From NCBI GenBank assembly GCA_902764565.1, contig CACWWM010000001.1, positions 1 through 59,772 on the forward strand: a stretch of DNA of 59,772 nucleotides, in the 5' to 3' direction. Both the position numbers and the translations under genes were made by a program. Numbering within the stretch: position 1 is the stretch's first letter; every line of letters begins with the position of its first letter. Positions 26,165 to 35,650 of this stretch are shown piece after piece. Origin of the DNA: an uncultured Eubacteriales bacterium (lineage in GTDB: Bacteria > Bacillota > Clostridia > Christensenellales > Aristaeellaceae). Under the pieces are notes generated by a model. That model had not been told where the DNA came from, searched no databases, and saw only the letters and a program-made list of their open reading frames with translations.

Positions 26165-27889
26165 ATGGCTGAATATCCCAATTTCAAGCATGGTGCGTAT
26201 GGGGAAATCAACGCAGACGGCATTCCCTTTACGGACAAAAACAGCATACGGCAAGCCATTGTTTACATCGGCACCGCCCCCGTTCATCTGGTGGAGGGCG
26301 GAAGCGCCAATGTGAACGTGCCCATGCTGATTAACAATATCGGCGAAGCAAGAAGGTACATGGGGTACAGCGACAATTGGGATGATTATACCCTGTGCGA
26401 ACCGGCGAAGGTGCATTTCATGGATATTGGCGTCGGGCCGCTGGTATTCATCAATGTGCTTGATCCGAAAGTGAACCTGAAAAGCACCGACGCAAGCGAG
26501 AGCAAAACCCCGACCGATGGTTCTTTCACGATCTCCGACGCCGATTTGGTGCTTCTGGACACCATTCAGGTGGGCGACAAAGTGAAGGGCACGGATTACA
26601 CCGTTTCGGTGAACAGCGGGAACAACACTGTGGTGATCTCCGAGAAAACCGCGGGCGCGTTGGGGAGTGCTGCCCTAACCGTAACCTACAAGAAGAAGAC
26701 CGTCGGCACCGCAACACTGACGCCCAACAATGGGCGCGTAACCATCGTGAACGCCGAAGATGTGGTGCTGGACAGCCTGAAGGTAGCGTCCGGGGCAACG
26801 GAAAAGACCAATGGCACCCATTACACCGCCGCATACGATTACGCGAAGAACGCCATCAACATCGTGGAAGTGACAGACGGATCATTGGGCACCGATGCGC
26901 TGACCATCACGTGGAGCAAGATTGATCCTTCCACCGTGACCCAAGAACAGGTGATTGGCTCCACTGACCGTTACGGCCTGAACACTGGCCTTTACGCCAT
27001 CAAGAACGTGTACAACCTGACCGGCTACGTGCCCGCGTTCATCTGCGCCCCCGGCTTCTCTTCCATTCCGGACATCCACAATGCGATGTACCTCAACAGC
27101 CTTTCCATCGGCAAGCACTGGAACGCCTGGATGTTTGTTGATATGCCCGTCGTGGACAGCCTGGGAACCCCCATTACGCTGGAAAGCGCGGCAGATTGGA
27201 AAAACACCAGAGGTTATAACAAAGACAACGAAAGCGTGTTCTTCCCGCTGGCGAAAGGCACCGACGGAAAGCACTATCACCTTTCCGTGCTCAACACGGC
27301 CAATTTCCAGGCGCTTCTGATTCAGAACGGCGGCGTGCCGTACATGACGGGAAGCAATACCGCGTGCCCCATCATCGAAGACCTCTATTTCATGGAAAAC
27401 GTGAAAGGCAGGGTGTACGATGATGAAGTGATTAACCGCTGCCTGAACGCCAACGGCATCAATTCCGCCGCGTATGTAAGCGGACGCTGGGCCATTTGGG
27501 GAGCACAGGCCGCAAGCTATAACCAGACGGACGGAACGAGCGTGAACGTGCTCGATACTTCCAGGATGATGCTTTTCTATCTGACCAACGACTTCCAGCA
27601 TAGGCGGAATATCGACATCGACAAGCCCATGACCGGCAATAAGCTGAAAACGATCCGCGCGGAGGAACAGGAACGGCTTGACCGGCTGCTTGGATCCGGC
27701 GCGCTGCTCTATGGCAAGGCGATGCTGGATGGTTCAAAGGAAGCAAAGAGCGATATTTACTCCGGCGATTTCCGCGTTCGCTTTGAAGTAACCACCACCC
27801 CTCTGACAAAATCCCTGACGGCGACGGCAGTATGGACGGATGATGGGTACGAGGTTTTCTTTGAAGTTATGGAAGAAGCTGTCGGATAA
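26165..27889 (+). CDS. contractile tail sheath protein
   Basis: 574 aa. N-terminal pattern AIVYIGTAPV...NVPMLINNIGEARRYMGY and position before the tube gene. Confidence 0.75.
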   Translation: MAEYPNFKHGAYGEINADGIPFTDKNSIRQAIVYIGTAPVHLVEGGSANVNVPMLINNIGEARRYMGYSDNWDDYTLCEPAKVHFMDIGVGPLVFINVLDPKVNLKSTDASESKTPTDGSFTISDADLVLLDTIQVGDKVKGTDYTVSVNSGNNTVVISEKTAGALGSAALTVTYKKKTVGTATLTPNNGRVTIVNAEDVVLDSLKVASGATEKTNGTHYTAAYDYAKNAINIVEVTDGSLGTDALTITWSKIDPSTVTQEQVIGSTDRYGLNTGLYAIKNVYNLTGYVPAFICAPGFSSIPDIHNAMYLNSLSIGKHWNAWMFVDMPVVDSLGTPITLESAADWKNTRGYNKDNESVFFPLAKGTDGKHYHLSVLNTANFQALLIQNGGVPYMTGSNTACPIIEDLYFMENVKGRVYDDEVINRCLNANGINSAAYVSGRWAIWGAQAASYNQTDGTSVNVLDTSRMMLFYLTNDFQHRRNIDIDKPMTGNKLKTIRAEEQERLDRLLGSGALLYGKAMLDGSKEAKSDIYSGDFRVRFEVTTTPLTKSLTATAVWTDDGYEVFFEVMEEAVG

Positions 27890-27916
27890 GCGACACAGAA
27901 AGAGAGGTGAACATCA

Positions 27917-28432
27917 ATGCTGGAAAATGTACGCTGCAATGTAGAAGATCATCGGCTATTCCATGACGGAACCCGCGTGGAGGACATTACCAAAGTTGAC
28001 CTGCCCAAGATTGAGCATCCCACAACGGCGGTGAAATCCGCGGGCATGCTGATGGATGTTGACATGCCGAATATCTATCACTACAATTCCATGGAAATCA
28101 AGGTGAGCCACAACAACGGCAACGGCTGCAACCTTCTTCCCATTCCCGGCCCTCATGACATTGAAATGCGGGCCGCCCGGCAGGATTACAGCGTAGCCAA
28201 AGGCGAGATCGACATGGAACTGGTGAAAGTACGCGCCCGCGTGGTGCATAAAAGTTCCGAGAAAGGGAGCATCGAAACCGATAACCCCTACGGAAGCACC
28301 GAATCCTTTTCCGTGCTGCGCTATGAAGAAGAAATCAACGGTGAAATCTGGATGCTGATCGATTCCACGGCCAGCCGCCTGATTATCGCCGGAGTGGATT
28401 ACTCCGACAGATTGAGCAGCATTTTGGATTAA
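27917..28432 (+). CDS. tail tube protein (P2 FII-like)
   Basis: 171 aa with VDLPKIEHPTTAVKSAGM...MEIKV. Confidence 0.7.
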   Translation: MLENVRCNVEDHRLFHDGTRVEDITKVDLPKIEHPTTAVKSAGMLMDVDMPNIYHYNSMEIKVSHNNGNGCNLLPIPGPHDIEMRAARQDYSVAKGEIDMELVKVRARVVHKSSEKGSIETDNPYGSTESFSVLRYEEEINGEIWMLIDSTASRLIIAGVDYSDRLSSILD

Positions 28433-28443
28433 CGTCAGGCAGG

Positions 28444-28480
28444 GGGCCCGCCCATGCGGGCCCTCTGCGTTTCATACGTT
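28444..28480 (+). terminator. GC hairpin GGGCCCGC-CCAT-GCGGGCCC followed by a T-rich tract
   Basis: Lies after the tube gene stop. Probably attenuates rather than ends the operon. Confidence 0.45.
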
Positions 28481-28495
28481 TTTTAGGAGGAAACG

Positions 28496-28909
28496 ATGGA
28501 AGAAGAAAAAAAGGCCACCGAGGCGGAAAAACAAAACGTAGTGGACGATCCCTTTGAGCAGCTTCGGCAGCTTACGAAGGGCACGCTGAAGCTGATGAAA
28601 CCCATCCGGGCCAGGAGCGAAGATGTGAAGGAACTGCATTATGACTTCTGCGCCCTGACCGGCGAAGAAATGATGAACGCGCTGGACAGCGACACCATCG
28701 GGAACATGTTCGCCATCTCCAACAAACAGGCTCTTGCCCTGTTTGCGGCTACGGCGGGAAACTGCACCGACCTGGTGGACGACAAGGATATTTTGAAAAG
28801 GATTTCCGGGCCTGACAGCGTAAAGGCCATCCAGTTAGCCAAACTTTTTTATGCCGCGTCCAGCCGGGCGGGAAACAACAATATATTGCAAGTTATCTCG
28901 AAAGGTTAG
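28496..28909 (+). CDS. tail assembly chaperone (short form)
   Basis: 137 aa, between the tube gene and the hub/tape-measure genes. Confidence 0.65.
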   Translation: MEEEKKATEAEKQNVVDDPFEQLRQLTKGTLKLMKPIRARSEDVKELHYDFCALTGEEMMNALDSDTIGNMFAISNKQALALFAATAGNCTDLVDDKDILKRISGPDSVKAIQLAKLFYAASSRAGNNNILQVISKG

Positions 28910-29070
28910 TGGACGCGAGCATCAACAGCAATACGCCGGTAACGGATTATTTGCGTATGCCGATTTACCGCTTTCATGAAATCTGGCAAGCAATTTGTTC
29001 GGTGAATCAACGACGAGCCAGGCAAATGCGGGAGCAAACGCAGCAAAGACGCCGTTCGAGGCGGCATTAA
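28496..29070 (+). CDS. tail assembly chaperone, -1 frameshift fusion (28496..28876 joined to 28876..29070)
   Basis: Extension reads GKQQYIASYLERLVDASINSNTPVTDYLRMPIYRFHEIWQAICSVNQRRARQMREQTQQRRRSRRH. It fills an otherwise non-coding 190 nt. Confidence 0.55.
28870..28876 (+). promoter_or_regulatory. -1 programmed frameshift slippery heptamer G GGA AAC
   Basis: In the X XXY YYZ phase of the chaperone frame. The -1 frame is open from 28816 to the TAA at 29068..29070. Confidence 0.6.
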
Positions 29071-29100
29071 GGCCGGGAAGGGGACAAGGGAGGCGCACGC

Positions 29101-30033
29101 ATGGACAACCAGCCGAAGGTGAGACTGATTTATCAGGGAACCGATGTGACGGACGACGTGGATATTATCGAATGTGTCCACAACGACGTATGCGGCGGGG
29201 AAAGCGATTGCCTGAATATCAGGGTAGACCATGCGGATAAGTGGTTTCGCTGGGGGCCGCAAAAAAACGACACCTTGCAGGTGAAAAGAAGCGGGTATGA
29301 CAGCGGCACGCTTTACCTGAACACGATCATTCCCGAGGATGGAACGTATAGAATCCTGGCAACCAGCGCCAAAAGCGTCCCCTTCCCTGTCCGCTGGCAA
29401 TCATTCAAAAAGAAAACGCTGTCCGCCATCATGACGATGTGCGCGGGCGAGTGCGGCATGGGCGCAAAACAATACGGGATCAGCGGCGGGATGCTGTATC
29501 AGTATTTATTGCGCGATAATACAAGCGTGCCCATGTTCCTGGAAACGCTGGCAAACCGGGAAGGGGCCGTGCTGAAAACGCTGTCGGGCGATTATGTAGC
29601 CATTGGAATTGACTACGCGCAAGGCCTTTCCCCCATGCACGAAATGGAACTGGACGATAAGCAAATGGATTCCAAATACATAGACCGGCGGGATTTGCGC
29701 TGGAAAAGCCTGCAAATCGTGACGCCATATGGCAACGGAACATCCGTTGACAGCGCCGCCAACGGCCCCAGCCGCACGATCAGCGATATCCCCGTTGACG
29801 ATGCGGCCCAGGCGAAAAGATGGGCGCGGGGAATCCTGCTGCTGCATAACTGGCAGGCGGAAAGCCTGGAAATTGAAATGGACTTCAATCCTGGCTATAC
29901 AGCCATGGCAAGAATCAATGTAGCAAGCCGTACAGATGCAAATGGAAACTGGATCATTCGCAAGGTGAAGCAAGACCTACTGAACGGAAGAACAAAAGCG
30001 GTTATGCACCGATGCTTAACAACGGTAACATAA
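29101..30033 (+). CDS. baseplate hub protein (P2 gpD / XkdQ-like)
   Basis: 310 aa with VRLIYQGTDVTDDV...DCLNIRVDH...GTLYLNTIIPEDGTYRILATS. Confidence 0.5.
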   Translation: MDNQPKVRLIYQGTDVTDDVDIIECVHNDVCGGESDCLNIRVDHADKWFRWGPQKNDTLQVKRSGYDSGTLYLNTIIPEDGTYRILATSAKSVPFPVRWQSFKKKTLSAIMTMCAGECGMGAKQYGISGGMLYQYLLRDNTSVPMFLETLANREGAVLKTLSGDYVAIGIDYAQGLSPMHEMELDDKQMDSKYIDRRDLRWKSLQIVTPYGNGTSVDSAANGPSRTISDIPVDDAAQAKRWARGILLLHNWQAESLEIEMDFNPGYTAMARINVASRTDANGNWIIRKVKQDLLNGRTKAVMHRCLTTVT

Positions 30034-30045
30034 GGCGGTGTTCCC

Positions 30046-30306
30046 ATGGACAAGATCGAAATGACGGGATTTGTCTGCATACAGCGCGGACAAATAGACC
30101 GCATAGAGGACGGCGGCTTTGTAGTGAAAAGCCTAACGCGCAGGGACGTGGAATCGCGGCCCATCAAGTGCGCGAACGCTTATGTGAAGGAATTTACGGG
30201 CGAACCGCCCGCAGAAGATAAGTACCAGTATAGACCCGGCGACAGGGTTTATTTTTTTATGTTCCCGGACGGGCGCGGCATGATTTTGGGCAAGATGGAG
30301 GATTGA
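30046..30306 (+). CDS. small OB-fold spike/gpV N-terminal-like protein
   Basis: 86 aa with PGDRVYFFMFPDGRGMILGKM. Confidence 0.4.
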   Translation: MDKIEMTGFVCIQRGQIDRIEDGGFVVKSLTRRDVESRPIKCANAYVKEFTGEPPAEDKYQYRPGDRVYFFMFPDGRGMILGKMED

Positions 30307-30310
30307 CACC

Positions 30311-33300
30311 ATGGCGCAGAAACAGATTTCCATGCAAATTGTGCTGGGTGGAAAGGTAGAAAATACCGTCGGTGAAATCGGGCAAGCGCTCGTCAACATG
30401 GGCTACCAAATCGACGATATAAGCCGGAAGCTGATCGACTTTGGGAAAGAGAGCGTAAACGTATATCGAAGCTATCAAGATAGCATGCTCGAAGCCGAAG
30501 GGGCTTTATCCACACGATACGGGAAAGATACGGAAAAACTTGCCAGCGTTATGCGGACGCTGAATACTGCGGCAACGGATTGGGCGGCCAATTCGATCTT
30601 CCATACAAACGACGTTGCAGACGCCATTGCAAAGGCAGCTCATGCAGGATGGGATTTAGACGAAATCCTGCAAGGCATACCAGCAGCCATGAATCTGGCA
30701 CGAGCAGGCGGATTGACGCTGGGGCAAGCGCTGGACTATATCGGAAAAACGGCGAAAGCAACGGGAATGCCTTTTAGCGAACTGACAGAATGGGTAGACC
30801 TTTGGAGCTATGCGGCCAACAGGAGCATGGGCGATATTCAGAAATTCGGCGAATCCATGGTAAAGATGGGGCCGACAATGAAACTTGCAGACAGCAAAGA
30901 GGAATTGTTGACCATGATCGGCGTGCTGCATGACGCCGGTACTGTTGGAACAGACGCCGGAACCCTTCTTCGCAACAGCATGATTCGCTTGGTAGCACCG
31001 ACAAAAAAAGCGGATTCCGCAATGAAATTCTTAGAGGTGACGCAAGAAGAACTAAGCGAAGCCATAGCGGAAACCGATGGTAACTTAGAAGAAGCGGGGG
31101 CAACGCTGGAAAGATACGGATTCTCCGCATATGACAGTAAAGGCAACCTGAAAAGTTTTATCTCAATATTTCAAGACCTGGAAAACGCAACCAGAAGAAT
31201 GACGGAGCAGGAAAGGAACCAGGTTTTAGCAGCTATCTTTCCGACGCGAACAATCACGGGCGGCCTTGCCTTGCTTGATGCGGCGAAAAACGGATGGAAT
31301 GGCCTCTATGATGCTATGGCGGGCGGAGAAGCAAAGGGCTACGGCGATTACCTTTCCGGCTTAATGATGAGTGGCCTGACGGGCGACATCGAAACGCTAA
31401 ACAGTAAGTGGGAAAGACTTGAACAAAAAACAGGCCAAAGCCTTTCCGGCCAAATACACAACATTACAGAAGACCTGGGGATCGTACTGGATAGACTATC
31501 CCAATTCGGCGAAAAAGAAGGATTCTCCGCGGGCTTGGATATGGCCGAAAGGCTGACCGGATGGCTGGCCGACCTTGCCACAAAATGGGAAGGGTTGGAC
31601 GATAAGAGCGCGGCGGGCTTGATGGGCGCGCTGGGGAGCCTGGCAACAACCGGCCCCGGCCTGCTGGCAGCGGGCGGCGCATTAACCTTCATCGGCTGGG
31701 CCGCAGGAACACACGCGGGGCGCATTGCCCTGGCGGCAACGGCTGTTTTGGCGCTCACCGAAGCCCTGAACGCCATGGAGAAGGTGGATTATGAAAGCAA
31801 ATTCGGCGATTTGGGGCTGGACGTTCCCGCGCTGAACGCATATATTAAAACCCTTGGCACTGATTTTAACGACGCCTACAAGAACGTGGCAGCTTTCCGG
31901 GATGCGCTGGGTGAAGCCATTACGAAATACGAACAGGCCAGCCAGACCTTTTCCAGCAACTTAATCACCGACCTTGTAACCAATAAGACCTGGACGGAAA
32001 AAGACCTGGAAAGCTACAAGACCCTGGGCGCGGATATGGTGGCAAACGTGCTTGCCGGAGTGAAAACATCTTCCGACCTGGCAAATGAGTATTGGAAAGT
32101 GTTTCTGACGGGCGACGGAAAAATGAGCGAAACAGCCGCCGATCCCATATACCAAAGCGTTATGACGGTGCTGCAAAGCGAATACGCGGAAACCGCCGCC
32201 CAATTGGAAGGGATCGGGCAAGGACTGACGGATGCGCTTATGACAGCCTTTAACGAAGGGCTTACGCCTGAAAATGTGGCGGCCATTCAGGCATACTTCG
32301 ACGAACTAAACGAAGTAATGGCACGCGAGGAAAAGGCAGCGCAGAGCAGGCAGCAGGAAATCCAGCGGCAGGTGATGTTCCACAAGGCCCAAACACTGGA
32401 TTACAGCGAAGTGATGGACTACGTGGAAAAGACCATCCTTCCGCAGCGGCAGACGCAGCTTGATACGGCCCATGACGAATTTTGGAGCAATTACTATTAT
32501 GCGCTGTCCGCTTACGACAGGCAGATTGAAAAGGCAGGGACGCCGGAGGAAAAGCAGCGGCTTCAGACGGAACGCGATGCGTTTGCAGCCCGAGGAGAAG
32601 CGGATTATCAGAAAGAACAGGCCCGGATATATGCGGAATACGATAACCCGATCCTGCAATTGATGCAGCAGACCATCGGCCCCAGCGAATACGGTGACGT
32701 TGTAAGCTATGTAACGCGCCTGGGGAGCCTGGTTCAATCCGGTTTTATGGATTCCGGCACAGCTGCTTATCTGCTTGAAAACAGCGAATATCAACAGTAT
32801 GCAGGCAACGGAAACACCCGATTGGCAAAATTCTACGCAGATTTTATCAATAAGCTGGGCGGAGAAGAAGAAATTGCAAGGCGCATAGGCGTCTACGAAC
32901 AATCGGGCAACGAGGCAATGGCCGCACAGCTTGAATCTCTCATAACGACTTATAGACTACTCTCCACCGGTTCGTTCGGGCTGAAAGGAGAAGAACAGGC
33001 AACCGAAGGAAACGTGACTGCAAACAGGGCGGCCAACACTGTGGCGGCCCTTGAATTGATGGACGTGCGCGGTATATCGGAGTTTTACGCGGCCTTGGAA
33101 AGCGGCGCAACTGAACAAGAGGTATCGCGGGCGTACAACCAAATCCCAGGAGAAATCCGGGCACAGCTGAACCGGATGAATGAAGCGCTTGCCGCAACTT
33201 ACGACCTGGAGGCGGCAGCGTCAGGCTCTGATCTCCCGCAATCCAACCCATACGCATCATACTTTTCCCACTTCGCGGCATGGCAGCTTATGAACATGAC

Positions 33301-34270
33301 GGAAGCCCAAGCCAATACATACAGGTGGGATAAGCAGGAAGGAATCGAACGGAGCATAGACGACACCCTGGCGCAACTGGCGGCGGCAAAGATTCGGCTG
33401 GCAGAAGGGCAGCGCAAGGTTGAACAGTTTGAACAACTGAACGCCTATCGCTTGAATCCTGGCACGTGGGACAGGCTGACCGGCGATTATAAGCTGCAAA
33501 TGTACAAATGGGAAGAATTGAACGCAGAAATGCCGGGAGTAAAGCTGGACATGGAGGATGCCCAAAGGCAAATCGACGAGCTTCAGGCAAGACTGAACGA
33601 GATCATGCCAGAAGCGGAAGTGAATATTACAGACGTTGACAGCGCCGCGGAGGAAGCGGCGGGGCAAATCGGCGGCATCCTTTCACCGCAGGAAGTGGAA
33701 GCCATTTTCCCGGACACGGAAGCCAATGCACGGGCGGCGAGGAATATCATGGAATCCTTTTTCGACACGCCCATTGTGCAACGCATCGTGACGCAATTTG
33801 GCAACTTGTTCGGGCTCGAAGGGAAAGCGGAGGGCGGACGGGCAGACAAGCCCGTGGTGTTCGCCGAAGCAGGGGCCGAGTGGTTCATCCCGGAAAGACA
33901 TACGCCGCAGACGGCCCAACTGATCCTGCAAACAGCGCACGCAAGCGGCTTTACCCTGGCGGATTTGGCGGAAATCGCAGGCGCTACCATGTTTGCCGAG
34001 GGCGGAACGACGAGCGATAACGCAGGCGGCAGCCTTTCTTCCGCTTCCATTTGGGGCGACACATCTTCCAGCGCTTCCTATGCCAGCAGCGACAGCGGCG
34101 GCGGAGGGGACAGCGGCGGAATCGTGGTGCAGTACAGCCCCGTCATTCACGCCGACAATGCGCAGGGCGTGGACAGGGTATTGCAGAACGATAAAGAAAG
34201 GCTTCGGCGGATGATGGAGGATCTTTTGGAGGAACGCGAACTGTACGGAAGCGTGGTGAAATACCAATGA
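30311..34270 (+). CDS. tail tape measure protein
   Basis: 1319 aa. TP901-type core (NDVADAIAKAAHAGWDL...NLARAGGLTLGQALDYIG), long helical and Gly-rich segments. Confidence 0.85.
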   Translation: MAQKQISMQIVLGGKVENTVGEIGQALVNMGYQIDDISRKLIDFGKESVNVYRSYQDSMLEAEGALSTRYGKDTEKLASVMRTLNTAATDWAANSIFHTNDVADAIAKAAHAGWDLDEILQGIPAAMNLARAGGLTLGQALDYIGKTAKATGMPFSELTEWVDLWSYAANRSMGDIQKFGESMVKMGPTMKLADSKEELLTMIGVLHDAGTVGTDAGTLLRNSMIRLVAPTKKADSAMKFLEVTQEELSEAIAETDGNLEEAGATLERYGFSAYDSKGNLKSFISIFQDLENATRRMTEQERNQVLAAIFPTRTITGGLALLDAAKNGWNGLYDAMAGGEAKGYGDYLSGLMMSGLTGDIETLNSKWERLEQKTGQSLSGQIHNITEDLGIVLDRLSQFGEKEGFSAGLDMAERLTGWLADLATKWEGLDDKSAAGLMGALGSLATTGPGLLAAGGALTFIGWAAGTHAGRIALAATAVLALTEALNAMEKVDYESKFGDLGLDVPALNAYIKTLGTDFNDAYKNVAAFRDALGEAITKYEQASQTFSSNLITDLVTNKTWTEKDLESYKTLGADMVANVLAGVKTSSDLANEYWKVFLTGDGKMSETAADPIYQSVMTVLQSEYAETAAQLEGIGQGLTDALMTAFNEGLTPENVAAIQAYFDELNEVMAREEKAAQSRQQEIQRQVMFHKAQTLDYSEVMDYVEKTILPQRQTQLDTAHDEFWSNYYYALSAYDRQIEKAGTPEEKQRLQTERDAFAARGEADYQKEQARIYAEYDNPILQLMQQTIGPSEYGDVVSYVTRLGSLVQSGFMDSGTAAYLLENSEYQQYAGNGNTRLAKFYADFINKLGGEEEIARRIGVYEQSGNEAMAAQLESLITTYRLLSTGSFGLKGEEQATEGNVTANRAANTVAALELMDVRGISEFYAALESGATEQEVSRAYNQIPGEIRAQLNRMNEALAATYDLEAAASGSDLPQSNPYASYFSHFAAWQLMNMTEAQANTYRWDKQEGIERSIDDTLAQLAAAKIRLAEGQRKVEQFEQLNAYRLNPGTWDRLTGDYKLQMYKWEELNAEMPGVKLDMEDAQRQIDELQARLNEIMPEAEVNITDVDSAAEEAAGQIGGILSPQEVEAIFPDTEANARAARNIMESFFDTPIVQRIVTQFGNLFGLEGKAEGGRADKPVVFAEAGAEWFIPERHTPQTAQLILQTAHASGFTLADLAEIAGATMFAEGGTTSDNAGGSLSSASIWGDTSSSASYASSDSGGGGDSGGIVVQYSPVIHADNAQGVDRVLQNDKERLRRMMEDLLEERELYGSVVKYQ

Positions 34271-34500
34271 CACTAAGCGGATATATTTACCATTGCGCGG
34301 CCAATGAAAGTTTTGACAGCGTGGCGCAGTACGTTTACGGGGACGAAAAATACTCCGCCGATATTATGAACGCAAACCCGGAATACTGCGGGATCGCTGT
34401 ATTTGATGGCGGCGAAGAATTGCAGCTTCCCGTGCTGGATATACAAAAAATCAGCAGAGAAAGCGCCATGGCAAACACTGTTGCGCCGTGGAAAACATAA
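34267..34500 (+). CDS. LysM-like tail protein X
   Basis: 77 aa with SFDSVAQYVYGDEKYSADIMNANP...LQLPVLD. Confidence 0.55.
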   Translation: MTLSGYIYHCAANESFDSVAQYVYGDEKYSADIMNANPEYCGIAVFDGGEELQLPVLDIQKISRESAMANTVAPWKT

Positions 34501-34522
34501 AAGCGCACGCGCTTGCGGTTTT
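34501..34522 (+). terminator. imperfect palindrome AAGCGCACGCGCTTGCGG followed by TTTT
   Basis: Variant of the 15716 and 52205 motif, directly after the stop codon. Confidence 0.4.
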
Positions 34523-34536
34523 AGGAGGTGGTTTCT

Positions 34537-35313
34537 TTGCCGCAAATCGGAAGCTGGAATAAGCACACATTTGAAATCAGCGAAAACCTGATCCGCGGAT
34601 TTACGGATATGACCATCAAGGGCGGATGCGAAGTCACAGAAAAGAACTCCAAACAGCAGAAATACGTGGAACGGAAATACGGCGAAATCCCGTCCATCAC
34701 CATCACCGTGGAACTAAATGCGATGGTGGGCGTCACCGACGTAATGGGCGAATCGCTGGCTTTCGTCCAGGAGGCCACAGACGGAGCAACAGATTATTTC
34801 TACCTGGGGAGCCGGAAACTTCTCCCCTGCAAGGTGCGGCTGACGGAAGCGGAGATCGTGGAAATATCCCATATGCCGGGCAAGGGCGACGTATGGATCA
34901 GCAGCAAGGTAAAGCTGACCATGAAGCAGGGAACGGAAACAGACGGCGGAGGGGGCAGCGGAAGCAGTTCAGGAAGCCAAAAGCCGAGCACGAAAAAAAC
35001 AACGCCCACCGCCGCGGAAACGGCGGCAAAGATCATAAGCACTGTTGGAGATGCCGCCAAAACGGTGATAACGACGGGGATCAATGCGGTTAAGACGCTG
35101 ATTGATAAAGCAAAAGCAGCATCGGCCCAGGCAAAGAACAATCAGGTTGACGCGATAACATCCGCCGCCCCGGTTTTGGCAGACCGCGTTTCCCAAATCA
35201 ACAAGGATTCCGCCAACAAGGTAACGGCCACGACGGGCCGGGCCGCCGCCATTGCCACCGCCAAAAAACTGGCGCAAAAAGCCGCGAACAATAAAGCCAA
35301 CCTTGCAAAGTGA
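34537..35313 (+). CDS. tail/baseplate protein (gpU / Mu gp43 N-terminal-like) with Ala/Lys-rich low-complexity tail
   Basis: About 258 aa. The TTG start 8 nt after AGGAGG is preferred; the ORF-track start at 34528 is also possible. Confidence 0.45.
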   Translation: MPQIGSWNKHTFEISENLIRGFTDMTIKGGCEVTEKNSKQQKYVERKYGEIPSITITVELNAMVGVTDVMGESLAFVQEATDGATDYFYLGSRKLLPCKVRLTEAEIVEISHMPGKGDVWISSKVKLTMKQGTETDGGGGSGSSSGSQKPSTKKTTPTAAETAAKIISTVGDAAKTVITTGINAVKTLIDKAKAASAQAKNNQVDAITSAAPVLADRVSQINKDSANKVTATTGRAAAIATAKKLAQKAANNKANLAK

Positions 35314-35323
35314 GGATGCGCGT

Positions 35324-35635
35324 ATGGCAAAATATCAGATAGACAATCAGCCGGAGCCGCTGAACTTTGAAATCGAAGATGATCCTGTGGCGCGAACCAT
35401 TCAGAACTGCAAGAACCTGCTCATGACGAAAATGGGCGAAGTGCCATACGACAGGTACAGAGGATTCGACTATTCGCTGCACCATTTGCCCATTGACAAA
35501 ATGCGCAGCGCGCTTCTTCCGGAACTTGACCGGGTGATGGCATGGGAACCCGATGCCGAAGTGGTGAGCGCTTCGACATCCACCAATGCCGCAGGTGAAA
35601 CGATCATAACGGTGATCCTGGAAATCAATTTATAA
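35324..35635 (+). CDS. baseplate wedge protein (gp25/GPW-like)
   Basis: 103 aa with IQNCKNLLMTKMGEVPYDRYRGFDYS...EPDAEVV. Confidence 0.6.
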   Translation: MAKYQIDNQPEPLNFEIEDDPVARTIQNCKNLLMTKMGEVPYDRYRGFDYSLHHLPIDKMRSALLPELDRVMAWEPDAEVVSASTSTNAAGETIITVILEINL

Positions 35636-35650
35636 GGGGGAGGTAATTGT

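Noticed and set aside
28907-29070. Read-through of the chaperone TAG stop as the source of the extended product
   Set aside because: Recounting shows the in-frame continuation stops after 10 codons. The open frame downstream is the -1 frame, so frameshifting, not suppression, is the consistent explanation.
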